DNA from: Podarcis cretensis
Taxonomy: Eukaryota
Reading direction: 5' to 3'
Assembly: GCA_951804945.1 (NCBI GenBank)
Contig: OX638154.1
Span: 38,936,001 to 39,000,000 of the forward strand
DNA length: 64,000 nt
Made by a program: the position numbers and the translations under genes. The stretch's first letter is position 1; the number at the start of each line of letters is the position of its first letter. Below, one piece after another: positions 50,701 to 63,896 of this stretch. The notes below the pieces were generated by a model, which saw nothing but the letters and a program-made list of their open reading frames with translations, was not told where the DNA came from and searched no databases.

Positions 50701-53700
50701 GCTAAAGCTGCTTGCATTCATTCCTCCTCCTGCCTCTCTCCTCACTGCTTGACTGCATGTTTAATTAGGGTTTAATTGGGAAGAGCCCCAGTTTGGTTTG
50801 GGATTCAGCCAAATTGGGGGTACAGCCCTGCTATTTTATCCTGAGTATAGTTCTGCTGCTTCATGTCCGGCTTTCAGGAATTTCAGCTTTTCCTGAAATG
50901 TTCTTACCTTACTGGCTACTCCTTTGCCGAATTTTTACACAGGACGTTTGTTTGTTCTTTAAAATTTGCTTTCCTCTTGGCTGCCTATTTTGCAGTACCA
51001 CAGCAGTTGACTTGCCAGCTAGCCAGAAAAGAACAACAACAGCAACCCTGGCCTAGTCTGTCCCCTCCTGGGCTTTTTGCTGGCATCTGATTTGTAGAAA
51101 ATCAGCCCTGGAGTCTTTTCATAGCATGGAGCTAAATATTATCACAGGCTAAATTGCTGCAGCTCAAATTGCTCTTAAAGGGACAGTGTAAAAACTGGTG
51201 AAACCCCACAGAGCTGTCTTTCACCCCGCCCAATTTGTTTACAGCTGGGCTGCCGGGGGGCACAGTTATATGCCCTACAGAGCCCTCCTTTTGAAAGTTC
51301 TTCTATTTGAAGGGCTGTCCAATCCATGTCCACCTTTCTAGAAAAAGAACCTGAATCCTAGTCAGACCAAAGCACTGGGGGTGAATGGGGCAAAATATGC
51401 AGCCATGCAACTTGCTCAGTGTTGAACTTGCTCTAAGGCTATGTATCTTATGATGCAGTGTTATCTCAATGCAAAAGAAAAAAAATAGGGGCCCAACATT
51501 CAGCTGGAAGACAAAGTAGTGAAATATGAGGGTGGAGCTAGATGAATTCCATGGATCTGTCCATGGTAATCCACTCCTTGCTGCAAGCATGATGATCTAA
51601 CTGTCTTGATGGTTCTGACTCATCACCTCACAGACATTTATCTGCTCAGCTGGACAATACAACCTAGAATTAAGGTACCTGCATGAACAAGAATACTTTT
51701 TCACAGTTTCCCCCCTATTCAGAAGTGAGCTCTGTGTGTGGAATTTATAACCTTCGAAAACCAAGCCTTTTACATCACTTTCAGATCTTTAAAACCTGGT
51801 TGTTGCCCCCCCCCCCCCCGTCCAAATTAGAGCTATGATTTGCAACTGGGGAGGTTTGGTGCCTGGGGGAAAGCCCTCCTTCTCCATGCCATTTCCATCT
51901 CCCATATCTCCCTTCCCCTGATTGCTTTCCCTTGAATTTAGGTTCAACCCTCAAGCCTGCCCTGAAAAAATGGATCTAGAGTGGGTGTGGGGAACCTCAC
52001 CCTCTGGGTGCTGTTGAACTACAACTGGATATACAACCTAGGGTCAAGGTACCTGCATGAGCATGGAGACATTTTCACCCTGGCCATGTTTGCTAGGGCT
52101 GATGGGAGTTGTAGGTCAGCAGCACCTGAAGGACCAAAAGTTCCTCACTTCTAAAAGTAGGCTGGTAGGAGGAAGTTCCTCTCCAAAACTTTGTTACTGC
52201 TAGGTCTATACATTTGCATAGGTGAAACAAATAGCCTGGCATGAGGCTCAAGTGCACTGCACAGTTCTTCTAATCATAGGTTAGACCTGGGATGGAGAAC
52301 CTGTGGACCACAGCTCTTGTCATCCATGGCCACTGGCTGATAGGAGTTGGAGCCCAGTAACATCTGGAGGCTGCCAGGTGCCCCATCTCTGGGTTAGGCA
52401 AATACTTGGAGAGAAAATAGGCAATGTAAAGGACTGAATAGGCAATGAGTGAGATATTATATTGCACCCTCTCCATGGGATCTCTTGGTTCCAACTGGTT
52501 ACCAAAGGCAACAGAATGAAAGAAGTTGACAAATGTTCCCCACTCCTCTTTATCTCCTGGTGATAGGGAAGAGTAGAGGACATTGGTTCAGGAGATCTCC
52601 ACCATTTTCCTCATGAGCAGGCCCTTGCTTCTCTGTTCCTGGCAAGGGGACTAGCCAGCAGCTTCATGTCCTCCCCTTCCTGGATCAGCTGCAAGAAAAA
52701 ACACAACTTCCTGTGGCCTCTGTGGTTAGGCTACTGCGCCCTCCACAGTTTGAGTTGTTTCACCTCCTTGATCCTCTTGCCCTAATGTGGGCTCAATTCC
52801 TGTGTCCCATAGCCTCAGTACAGTGGGAATACTGCTTCCTGAGCCTACCCTTCATATGTCTGTATTCTTGATCATAGAGATTGTGCCCTGTTCATTTAGC
52901 CACAACCACACTTGACCCCAAATAAGTGGTGAGTAAGGGATTTGTGCATTTTTGTCAAATGTCAGCCTTCCCAATTGTGATGTGTCCATTATATCTGGCA
53001 GCCAAAGCACTTGGTAGAGATCTTCCAAAGCAGGGTGACCTTCAGTTTAGCCAAAATAAAATCCATAGTTTTAGTTTCCGGGGCAGGGACTCTATCTTCC
53101 CAGAGGAACTTTGAGACACACACCTCCTCATGAAAGCTGCAGTTTCAACAATGGGCAGAAAATATCCTCCGAAGCAGTGGAAAGGTTACACAGCTTGCTC
53201 AAGAAAGTAAACGTCCCATGCGTCTGCCCCCAGTGTTAATTTTAGCCTCCCCAAAGATTGAAGAAGAGCACAATTTCGACACTGTGGTGGGTTGCCACAT
53301 GAAATGATTATTTCAGGGTCCAAGTGTTTCAGTGTCTGGGCATGAAGGCATCCAAACTTGGTAGGCAGCACATCTGGCATTAGCCTGATCTTGATTTGAG
53401 GGAATGCAAGGTCCTGCTGGAATTCTAGCAAACTTTTTGCACAGTATATTGTGCTAAGCAAAAACGGGCAAGATTTTAAAGAGAGAGCCTGGGAGAAGGA
53501 CAATCCCCTTGGTGTTTCAGTACACACCTTATTCACGTTTCCTTGAGGGAAACTCATACAACAATGGCAGGAGCAGGGATTTAAAACTGTAAGGAGAAAC
53601 CAGTGATGGGAGCAATCTTCAGCTATTGTCCTGCTCCATTTCCTCCAGCCGGTCTGTGTTTCACCTGTGGCCAGGTGAAAGCTGCTGGCACCAGAGGAAG

Positions 53701-55611
53701 AGATGAAGCATTGGAGGCTGTGCTGGATGGTACCTGCACATTTCTGAGCTCATTGCACATCGTGCTGGAATGCTGGAAACAGCATACAAAACCCTGGATA
53801 ACCAAGACCACGTGCAAGCTAAGAGTTGCATCCCAGCATCCTCTGTGACATTATAGGACTGGAATAGACAACATGGTGCCCTCCAGACACTGTAGAATCC
53901 AACTCCCATCAGCTCCAGCCAGCATGGTCAGGGATGGTGGGCTTTGTAGTGTGGCAGCATTTGGACAGTACTATGCTGGCTATCCTTGTTGTAGGGGAAA
54001 TTGGGGTATATCACCCCTAGCTAGCAAGGCCAGAGCTCAGGGATGATGGGAGTTATAGTCCAACAACATCTAGGGACCCACAGGTTGAGAACCGCTGCTC
54101 TAGTGCATAGAATGTGGCAAAAAAATATGTTTATAGCAGATGTCCGTCTTTCCTTACAGGAAACTCCATAGTATTGTGGGACATGTCATGGGTATGGAGA
54201 TCAGAGGGAACTGGGGCAGCTTTGATAGTAAATTAAAATGGATTGGGTTAGATAAGAGTATGCTAGATGAAAGGTTCTTGTCCTAAATATGAACCTTGTA
54301 ACAGGTATTGCTGAGCAATGATGAATGAGCTGAGAGTCCATTATATTGAACCCCTGCACCTGTGTAAAGGCCATGGACTTCTATAACTGCACTCTCCAGG
54401 TGTTTGCCTCAGCCTCCCCTCTAAAAAAGCTCTTTTTAGAGGGGAGGCAGGGCCCACTGTGTGACTTTGGGCCAGTTTCAGTCCCTACCTCACAGGGTTG
54501 CTGTACAAATGAAATGGGTGGAGAACTTGGAGCTCCATGGATGAAAGGTAGGATATAAAAATGTAATAATCAATAAATAGGCATCTGCTAAGTCACCAGA
54601 TAGCCTGGTTTTTGTTTAAAAAAAATTCTTTAAAGAGTCAAGACTTAACCGGATCTGTCATCTTTTAGTATTTGTTTGCCAAGTTGGGACTGAAGTCTCT
54701 CTAAGCCATTTGTGCACAAAACCATTAGGGGATATCCAGGCCTGGCCTGCTTCTTGAATTACTCACTCCAGCTGAGGGATGACATTTGCTCTGCTTGACT
54801 TTCCACCTAGTAACCTTTCACCCACTGAAGCTGCCTAACCTCTGCTTGACTCTTTTTAGGGGGAGAGGGTGTTAAAGGGTCTAGGTTCAAACTATCTTGA
54901 GATTTAGATAAAGGTTCCTTTGTTTGCCCAAATGAAACATCCCACCACAAAAGCCTGACCAACCACTGCAAAGTTGGGTACTTGTGGCTAACCTTCTGCT
55001 GCATGGCAAATATTGTCACAGGGACATTTTTGGCGGTCTGAAGACTTCTCTGATTAAATTGAAGGTGCAAATTTAATCTTGAGTACCAAACAAAGGATAT
55101 AAACCAGTGAGCCAGAATGTACTGTTCTCCTTTGTGTTTAGGGGGATCTGAAGTTGAGCAAATACTAAGTGGCCACATGTGAAACTGGGGGAAAGAAGTC
55201 AATTTTCACCACAGTTGAGCAGTGGGTGTTCACCCCTTGAACTGAAGCCCATTCTTTTTCTACTCTGTCCTTTAAACTAGGCAACTAGTAAAGTGGCTCT
55301 ATAACTTCAAGGCATGTTCTGTTTTTTGTTTTAAAAAATCTGTTTTCTTGACAAGCTTGACATTTCTTGACAAGCTGTCCAAATTTCAGAGTGTAGCAGT
55401 GGTTACAACCCATGTCTTTCTACCCTTTTGCTCATGCCCTTGGACCTCATTCTCCGCATCAGGGATAGGGAGCATGTGACTCCCCTGATGTTGCTGGACT
55501 ACAATTCCCACAGACCTGACTATTGGCCATGCAACCTGGGGCTGATGGGAGTTGAAGTCTAACAACACCGTGAGAGTTGCAGGCTCCCCATCACCGCTTT
55601 ACACTCTAGAG

Positions 55612-55749
55612 CAGCCTTTCTCAACCTGCGGGTCCCCAGATGTTGTTGAACTACAACTCCCATCACCCCTAGCTAGCAAGGCCAGAGCTCAGGGATGATG
55701 GGAGTTGTAGTCCAACAACATCTGGGGACCCACAGGTTGAGAACCGCTG
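55612..55749. mobile_element. Palindromic hAT MITE
   Basis: Whole element is an inverted repeat; TSD CTCTAGAG; partial sibling near 54010-54097. Confidence 0.85.
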
Positions 55750-55790
55750 CTCTAGAGTTTCCTTTATCTCTACTGTACAGTGGGCTATAG

Positions 55791-55926
55791 CAGTGTCTCC
55801 CAACCTTGTGCCTCCAGCTGTTTTTGGACTACAATTCCCATCATCCCTTGCCACTGGTCTTGCTAGTCAGGGATGATGGGAGTTGTAGTTCAAAAACAGC
55901 TGGAGGCACAAGGTTGGGAAACACTG
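55791..55926. mobile_element. Palindromic hAT MITE
   Basis: TIR CAGTGTCTCCCAACC / GGTTGGGAAACACTG; TSD GGCTATAG. Confidence 0.85.
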
Positions 55927-56714
55927 GGCTATAGTATATTTTTGGCCAATAAGTAACAAACCTTAACCCCCAAAGCATCCCATGAAGAAGGATGTCAAAT
56001 CTATCTGGCATAGCTTCAGCTCTTAGATCTACTTAGCATTGTTCTCCTGAATCTAGAGTTCCAGTAACATAATCTCAGAGATATTGAACAACCCAAGAAG
56101 AAGGACATACTGCCTAACTGGAATTGATTTTCATTTTATTTAAAACATCACTATACTGCTCTTTATCAGTCAGGCAAGGATGGTACACAACAAGGCAAAA
56201 CAGTTCCAGGAAACTCGGCTGGTTAAAATGCGTAAAAATACACCAAGCGCTAAGATCTATTAAACTACGCTCTGCTTTTCTTGAGGTTTGAGTGGCATCC
56301 TTACTTGGACTCTTGGGACACCTTTGTTATGTTCAGTTTTAAGCTTTTTTATATGGTTGTGTGCACCTCTCTGTGTGTATGTGGTCCTCAACCTTCTGTC
56401 TACAAAGTTTGGTGAAATTTTGATTTTTATAATGGAAAAAAAATATGAGAGAGAGACATTGCACACACCTTTGTAAATCAAGAAAATCTTTAATAAAAAT
56501 ACATTAAAAAAACAATGGACATGGAAAGAAAAGCTTCCACAGTGCAATAGCAGATTCCACGCTTTGCCTGCATGAAGTTCTAGGTTCAATCACTGGCGTT
56601 CCCACATCAAAACAATATGGGGTATCAGGGCTAGGGAAAAACACTCCTGCTTTGCACCCTTGAGGGTCCTCAGCAGCAACAGGAGACACCACCATCACTA
56701 AGTTTATTTATTCA

Positions 56715-57185
56715 AATTCCCCACAAAAACCAAATGGCAGGTAAAAATGATATAATACATGCAATTGGCAAAAATGACAGGGAGAGTTAGAGGATATTTG
56801 ATGCAGACGTTGAATAAAGAATGGATAGTATTTAAAGAGTACAGTACTTGAAAAATTGTTGTGATAACAAAAATCTCCGGGCAGGCCTCGAGTGACTCTT
56901 GTAATATATTGGTGACAAATAATAGAACTTTTTGTAAATAATTGGAAAAATAAAATAATAACAAGGCACTGTGGGTAAAATAACAAAATAATAAACAGTA
57001 CAATGAGAATAATCGGAAGTATATTTTATTTATTCCATTTTTTGTCTTCTATCTTTTGTTTTCTTCTTTTTCTTCTTTTTTTGGTAAAGTATGTGTATGT
57101 AGGTTGTATGTTTTATATTATTGTGTATTGATGTGTAGGTTGATGTTCATTGTTCAATAAAGATCTATTTAATTATTTTTTAAAA
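56715..57185 (+). mobile_element. L1-clade 3' fragment
   Basis: WQVKMI*YMQLAKMT..EW.VF resembles the end of the 26-kb L1 ORF2; T-rich UTR and AATAAA. Confidence 0.5.
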
Positions 57186-57473
57186 AGTTTATTAATTCAA
57201 AGTGAACATTTTCTTCTTTTCTGGATTATCCAAGGTGCACTGTATGGCCATGCACCTGACTTCTGAATTTACTTAAATTGAAATAAAAGTTCATATGTTT
57301 ATATCCCACATTTGCTGTATCATAGAAGCCCATCACACCTCCCCCCCCCCAAATGTCTTCTATCCAGGCATTGGCCAGACACAGACCTGCTTAGCTTTAG
57401 CAAGGTGTTGGCCTCATGGAAATCCTTTTTCCTAGGCATCCTAATCTGATAGTCACCTTTTGTTCTTTTTTAG

Positions 57474-57588
57474 TGGCAAATGAAATGTTGCCGATGTGAT
57501 TCCAGAAAGCCTCATGCATTCAACAGTCACCGGGTAGAAAATGTCCTCTCTTCTGCAGGAAATATGCACTGGTGGCAATCCAAGAATG
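57474..57588 (+). CDS. LAMB3: Laminin beta-3 exon 4
   Basis: [38 protein letters not shown]; AG/GT; 115 nt. Confidence 0.96.
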
Positions 57589-57848
57589 GTAAGCCTCTGC
57601 CTTGCTTAGTGGGCCTTCAAGAAAACAAACAGTGTGGACGTGCTCTGGACAATGTCTTGGTTGGATAGCATAGAATAGTAATGATAAGTTGAGTGGGGCA
57701 AGGGTTGTGTAGATTCAGCAAACAGGGCTTGGGTTTCAGTGGATTAAATGCAAAGGGGAAATGGATGGCCTGACTAATGGGAAAATCCGATTGCAATTTT
57801 GTTTTCACAACCTGCTGTTCTAAAAACTGCTCTTTTCTGTCTCTTCAG

Positions 57849-57922
57849 ATGTGAATCCTGTCTTTCTCCAACTAGATTTGGATAAAAAGTTTCAACTTGA
57901 TAGCATCCTGATGGATTTCAGG
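57849..57922 (+). CDS. LAMB3: Laminin beta-3 exon 5
   Basis: (D)VNPVFLQLDLDKKFQLDSILMDFR; AG/GT; 74 nt. Confidence 0.95.
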
Positions 57923-58005
57923 GTATGTGAATAATAACTCTTACACTATTTACTGGGGGTATAAACTTGAATTCAGATGGCCTTTGGAAGCTTAGTTACA
58001 TACAC

Positions 58006-58606
58006 CAGTGGTTTTCAACCAGTGTGTCATGGCACTCTGGAGTGCCTTGAATGGTGGTCAGGGGTGCCGCGGGCAACACTGCCCTCAGTCCCTCTTTCCT
58101 TCTCTCTCTCTTCTGACGCCCTCTCGCGTCTCTGCCTCCCAAAGGCTTGTGCAGCTGTTTGTTGCAGCAGCCCTGGCTACAAGCTCCGCAGGTGAATGGT
58201 GCCTCTAGGGCTGGTCAGGGGATGCTGGTTGCCAGGAGCTGAGGCGGCATCAGAGTAAGCAAGCAAGGTGGGCAAGGGAGCCCAGCCAGCCAGTCCACCA
58301 GCCCTTGCTTTTGGGAATGGACAGACAAGTCCTATGCCCCTGTGAGGAGGCACATCTCTTTGGGGCAGGGAGGGATGCAACTCAGAGACCAGGGGCAGCA
58401 GCAGAGGTGCCCATAGCACTCCCAAGGAGAGAGGAGAAGAGGTTGGGGGAACACCTCACAAGGGGACGGTGTTCAAAAAAGCGTGAGAGGCTGCCACCTC
58501 TGTAGGCAAGGAGTGACATAACTGGGTTCCTGAGCCCCATAGGGGCGCCACAGAAAGAATGTAGTTGACCAAGGAGCTGTGGATTCAAAATGGATGAAAA
58601 CCTCTG
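58006..58606. mobile_element. hAT (Charlie-like) non-autonomous element
   Basis: CAGTGGTTTTCAACC ... GGATGAAAACCTCTG; TSD (A/G)CATACAC. Confidence 0.75.
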
Positions 58607-59117
58607 GCATACACTATTATTGTTCTGTTGGCTTAGGCGGCATCCAATTCCAACCCATTGTTTGTTAACGTTTTCAAAAAGAAACAAGGAAAGGAGGAAA
58701 AACCTACATTAAAGAAACTGCAGCTTTTCAAGAAGAAAATCAATTGTTAAGTTCAGACTCAAGTACAACTTTAAGCATTTTTGTTCCATGTACAATTGCA
58801 CCAAGTATATTTTGATGTGTTAATTTTAATTTTATGGGGGAAGAGGCACAATAACACTGAGGGGCATTGGAAAGACCCTTATGTCAGGTCTGAATATTTT
58901 TCCATTGAGCCCATGTCATCTATTTCTTTGGCAGAGATCTTCCCAGTTTTCTTTTATGTGAGCCTTTTTAACCAGAGATGTGAACTAGGGATTTCACTTG
59001 GGATGGTTTGCATGCTCTGCCTTGGAGAAATGGCCTGCTCCTTTGAAGTATATCTTCCTCTGTTTTGGCATGTCCAGTCCAGTCTGCTTTGATACCTCTT
59101 TCCTTCTGTCCCTCCAG

Positions 59118-59300
59118 AGTCCTCTGCCCACTGGCATGGTGATTGAGCACTCTACAGACTTTGGCAAATCCTGGAAGATTTATCAGTACTTGTCCACAGA
59201 TTGTGCCACTTCGTTTCCACGGATCTCTAGAGGTCTCCCTCAGACCTGGCAGGATGTGCGTTGCCAGGACATCCAGACTCAAGCGCAGAACGGGGGGAAG
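59118..59300 (+). CDS. LAMB3: Laminin beta-3 exon 6
   Basis: SPLPTGMVIEHSTDFGKSWKIYQYLSTDCATSFPRISRGLPQTWQDVRCQDIQTQAQNGGK; AG/GT. Confidence 0.96.
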
Positions 59301-60225
59301 GTATAGCAAATGTGATGCTTAATGGATTTCACCAGACTTAAGACTTCTAGGACCTAACTAGTTTGACAACAGCCATCCCCAGAGTGACTTTGCTGCACTG
59401 TGAAGGCACCTGCCTTCCACTCTTCCAGGTGCAGATCAACAAATGCCAGAGGGCCCAGCAAGCCCTTTTTGTGGAGAATTGGTAGCCCTTTCCAATCTAG
59501 CTGCTGTAGGGCACAGAAGGCTTCAGGTCTCTGGGGACGATTTCTTAAGAGACATGCTGGAGTTCAGGAATCCACCCCCTGACTTGGAAAAACTGCCCTC
59601 TGGTGTGTGTGGGGAAGCTGTTGAGTAACATTAATAAGGTGATATTCTTTCCCTCCAACAGCGGTTTCAATGAAAATGTTGGCAGGTGGGTGTGGCAACC
59701 CACTTGTCAATCATTTGATATCATAATAATATCAGGTGATTGTCAGGTAGGTCTTCCCACGTACTTATCAAAGTTGGCCTGCAGGGCAGGGGACAGATCT
59801 GCCTGCCCTGGGGGGGGGGGGGAAGGTTCCCCACCCATGTTCTAAATCATACAGGGAGTCTACCCAGACAAGGCTTCTCACTCCAGAAGTTATTGCATAA
59901 TTCAGCTTGGAGGAGCTGTACAACTTCTTTAAAAGGAAAAAAGTATTGTGGTTTAAATCTGTTTCATGGGATTTTAATTGTTGCTGCCACTTTTTGGCAA
60001 AGAGAGGGAGGGAGGGAGGGAGGAAGTATCACACAACCCTCCTTTGATGGGTGAAGAGACTATAGTCTTCCTTGTAGCAGTAATTCGGTGCAAAATCACC
60101 ATTTTAGTGCTAATGTAAATAAGCATTTGCCTAACTGGGAAGTGCTGTTGATAGTTTTTAGAATGACAGGATAGAAAATCTCATGCTTTGACTGCCATCA
60201 TTTTTTCCTCCTCTGTTCTTCTAAG

Positions 60226-60289
60226 GTTGAGTTCAACCCCATTGGTCTTGCATCTGGGATGAGGACACCTCAAAGTCAAAAAATCAGCA
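60226..60289 (+). CDS. LAMB3: Laminin beta-3 exon 7
   Basis: VEFNPIGLASGMRTPQSQKIS + 1 nt; AG/GT; 64 nt, phases fit the neighbouring exons. Confidence 0.9.
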
Positions 60290-60982
60290 GTATGTACATA
60301 TTATTTTGTGTCTGCTGGGGTGGGGTAGGGAAGCTTTTCAGGGAGCAGAACTTGTTTAGGCACCCAAGTGGATGGTTTATAAAATCCGGTGCCTGAGCTC
60401 ACTTTCCTGCTCCTCCTTCCTCCTTCCCTTTCCCTTGCTTGTATTATTTTTTAGATCTTCAGCCTGAGGGCAGGTCTTAGAAATGAGCTTTGTAAGCTGC
60501 TCTGGGAGCCTTTTAAGCTAAAGAGCAGGGTGAAAATTATTTAAATAAATTTGACTCCTTCATATACCAATGGGGTCAGTGATTTAAGGTTCCTGTGTCT
60601 TTTGTGCTGATCTGCATCTGACTCCAGTCCTGACAGCCTCACTCAGACTTTTGGTGTGCTCCTCAGTGCCAGGTGGCAAGTGGTGTGAGCTTTTTAAAGG
60701 TCCACCTGGCCTGGCAGGTGCCAGTGATCTTTGGTCCTGGGAGGCCCAGGCACTTGCCCAAGGATCACAGTTGCTGATGCTGGGCTCAGTTTGTTAAATG
60801 TGGTTATTGGGACCTAACAGTTATATTGTTTGTACTTCCATGTATTAAGAGGAAAATCACATCCAACGGAGTTTGCATCTCCCTTTCTCACTTGGTCCTT
60901 GTCCCAGGAGCTAAAGGCTTTAGGTCCCATCTCACTGTGTGTGTGTGTTTCCCTTTGTTTCTCTTTCTCTTGTCTCCAAAAG

Positions 60983-61170
60983 ATCTGGGCCAATTCACCA
61001 ACTTGAGAATCAACTTCACCCAGCTGTCGCGTCCTGTGCACCAGGGGTACCGCACGCCCAGTGCCTTCTATGCCTTGAATGAGATGCAAGTGAAAGGGAG
61101 CTGCTTCTGCCACGGACATGCAGACCGCTGTGCTGCCCCGGACACTGCTTCTGCAGGACACAATGTTATG
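60983..61170 (+). CDS. LAMB3: Laminin beta-3 exon 8 (end of LN, start of LE1)
   Basis: (N)LGQFTNLRINFTQLSRPVHQGYRTPSAFYALNEMQVKGSCFCHGHADRCAAPDTASAGHNVM. Confidence 0.96.
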
Positions 61171-62755
61171 GTGAGGGTGAGGACGGGGAAAGGTTGCCAC
61201 AGATCTATGTATATCAGTTCTATTCTTCCCAGTTCTATTCTTAGATTCTCGCAGGCCTGCTCTGCAACCTGACCTCTCTCGACGGTTAAATTACAGGTTT
61301 GTAGTGATACACCAGAAGCCCTCTGTGCTTTTGGAAAGCAGATAGTGTTTCCTTGTATTATGCAGAGTGCAAGTGACCGAGATGATAAAGGTCTTGCCAT
61401 CTTCTCTGCCTTAGCCACAAAAAGAAGGTATTTGGCATAGCACAAAGGCCAACCAGACTGCTTCAAATTGCCTTTCTGACTATCTTTATCTTTAAAAGGT
61501 CAATGACCAGCTGCCCTTGGGCTTAGTAAGGCAGCTACTAGCTTCTTTCTAACTGGGCTCCTGGGGCTGCCCAGAGGGCTGAAAGGGAGGGCAGAACAGA
61601 GAGTGGTGTACATGTTCTCCTTTGCACATCCTTCATTCTGTAGCTCATTTTCCCTCCTCATTGTAGACATCATAGCTCCTCATCATAGCTCTTGGAGAGG
61701 AGAATGGGCAGAAGCAGAGAATGGGGATGGTGGAGAAAACCATTTTGTTCACATCTTGAGGCGAACCTATCCACCATTTCACGCTTCACACCAAATCACA
61801 GCAGAACGCAGCAACCGTTTGAAATGTGCACTTCTCTGAATGTCGCAAAGCTGTTTTCCAATCAAAAACCACCTGCAAAAAGGCACATGCGAGCAGAAAG
61901 TGTGCCTCAGACTTGAACATATTAGTGAAAATAATGTACCAAAGTGCATTCTTATATTAGAGAAAATGCAAGCATGTGCATTATTAGACAAAATGAGGAG
62001 AAATGCACACAAATATGTGCTTTAATTTTTGTGTGGACTTGAAAGGAAAATGCATTGTTGCAGAAATGGGGCAAACTGAGCCTAAGACTGGGAAAAAGAA
62101 AGAGCAACTGAGACAGAATCACCCCTGCCTAGCAAAAAGGACTTGAGAAAGAAAATAATGCTCTGTCTCTGTGGTCCCTTCAGATGGGATATGGCTCCAT
62201 TGGGGCACAGAGGAATGTGTGCAAAGGGCAGATGAGAGGGAGTTTTCTCTTGCTTTTGTGCACAGGAGAGTGCAAATAATATTAGCCAAACAAAGTGACA
62301 GGCTTCTTGCAGGGGGGATAGGGTGCCTCAGCACACCCCCACACCTTGATTTATAGGTGGTTTGCATTTAGATATAAAAGCAACATGGCTTCCTTTATTG
62401 TCTGGCCTGGAGCAGCTTGGACTGAACAGGAGTTTCCAGACAGGAACTTCAGAGTTAAGCCTGAACTGTGAGAGGCAGCACGCACAAAGAAGAGGGATTA
62501 CACAGTATGGTTTTTTAAAATGGCAGCCGTATTCACTCTGATAAGCTTTTCAGCCCTGGGAGTTGCAGGGATCATCAGTATGGTCTTTTCTTTTCTTTTG
62601 CTTCTGATATAAAGTGCTCTGATTTGGCACGAATGCAGAAGAATATGTCCCTCCCCACAATCAGAAGAGACACGATGTGAGAATTCATGGCATACCGTAG
62701 AAGAGCAGGCTGATCTATGATACCCGCAAAGCAAAGCTTTTTTTGCATCTTCTAG

Positions 62756-62876
62756 GTGAATGGACAGTGTGTGTGCCAGCACAACACTGCTGGAACAAAC
62801 TGCGAACAGTGTGCGGCTTTCTACAATGACCATCCATGGAGAGCCGCTCAAGATGGCAACCCCAACGAATGTCACA
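62756..62876 (+). CDS. LAMB3: Laminin beta-3 exon 9 (LE domain)
   Basis: [40 protein letters not shown]; 121 nt. Confidence 0.96.
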
Positions 62877-62968
62877 GTACGTATGCCTCTATCCAACTTC
62901 CTAGGGAAACAGGCCACACTTTAACTGAGCAAAGCTGTCTTGGAAAGATAACTGGAGTTTATAAAATA

Positions 62969-63209
62969 CAGTGGAACCTTGGTTTTCAAACGTAATCCGT
63001 TCCGGAAGTCCGTTTGACTTCTGAAACATCTGAAAACCGAGGATCAAAGGGTTGTCAGCAAGTTCAACGGGGAAAATGGAGAAACACTCCTCGGAAGCCA
63101 TTCAACTTCCAAGGCGCGTTTGAAAACAGAAGCATTCACTTCCAGGTTTTTGATGTTCGGCTTCTGAAATGTTTGGCAGCTGAGACGTTTGAAAACTGAG
63201 GTTTGACTG
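62969..63209. mobile_element. Tc1/mariner-type MITE
   Basis: TA-CAGTGGAACCT...GAGGTTTGACTG-TA. Confidence 0.7.
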
Positions 63210-63896
63210 TACATACTTTGTTCATTGTAGCCACTGGAAATATTGTGGTTTCTCCAATGCTTTTTTTTTATCTGGGGGGGCGGATGCAGGGGTAGACATA
63301 CCCCTAAACAATTTGTGAATCTTTGTACTTTTGTCCATTAACTGTATTTAGTTTTCCCGATTTGAACTGTAAAATGGTGATTTTCTTGAGTCAAAATGAG
63401 AAAAAAAAAGTACTAGGTTTCTGATCAGTTATGGGATCTGCAGATTCCTAAAAGGGTGGAGGTGATCAGGGAAAGGGGAAGCTGAGGTAAGAAGTACAGG
63501 AAGGAGTGTTTAAAAGAATCTACTAGCAAACATTTTTAAAAAGGCTGAGGCAGATGAGAGGAGAGCTGTGATTTCCATTTGCAAAGAAGCTAACTGTTTC
63601 TTGTCAAACATCCTCCATCAGTTTGGAGAAAACAGGCAAGTTTGGGGAAATTGCAGTGTGTGAATAGAACAGTGCTGTTGAATTGATGTTCCCTAAAGTC
63701 CTAAACCTTGCACTCTGGCTGTTTTGCATGTTCTGTGTGGACCCACAATGTGATAAACCTTATGGATTTATACACTTGCTGTAGAACTAACTGAAGAGGG
63801 AGCCCAAGCGCCACCCAGTGGTGAAGTTGAAAAGTATAGGCACTATTGTTTTCCTTGAACTTCGTTTCAGAAATGGCTTTGTCTCTTTTCTCCTAG

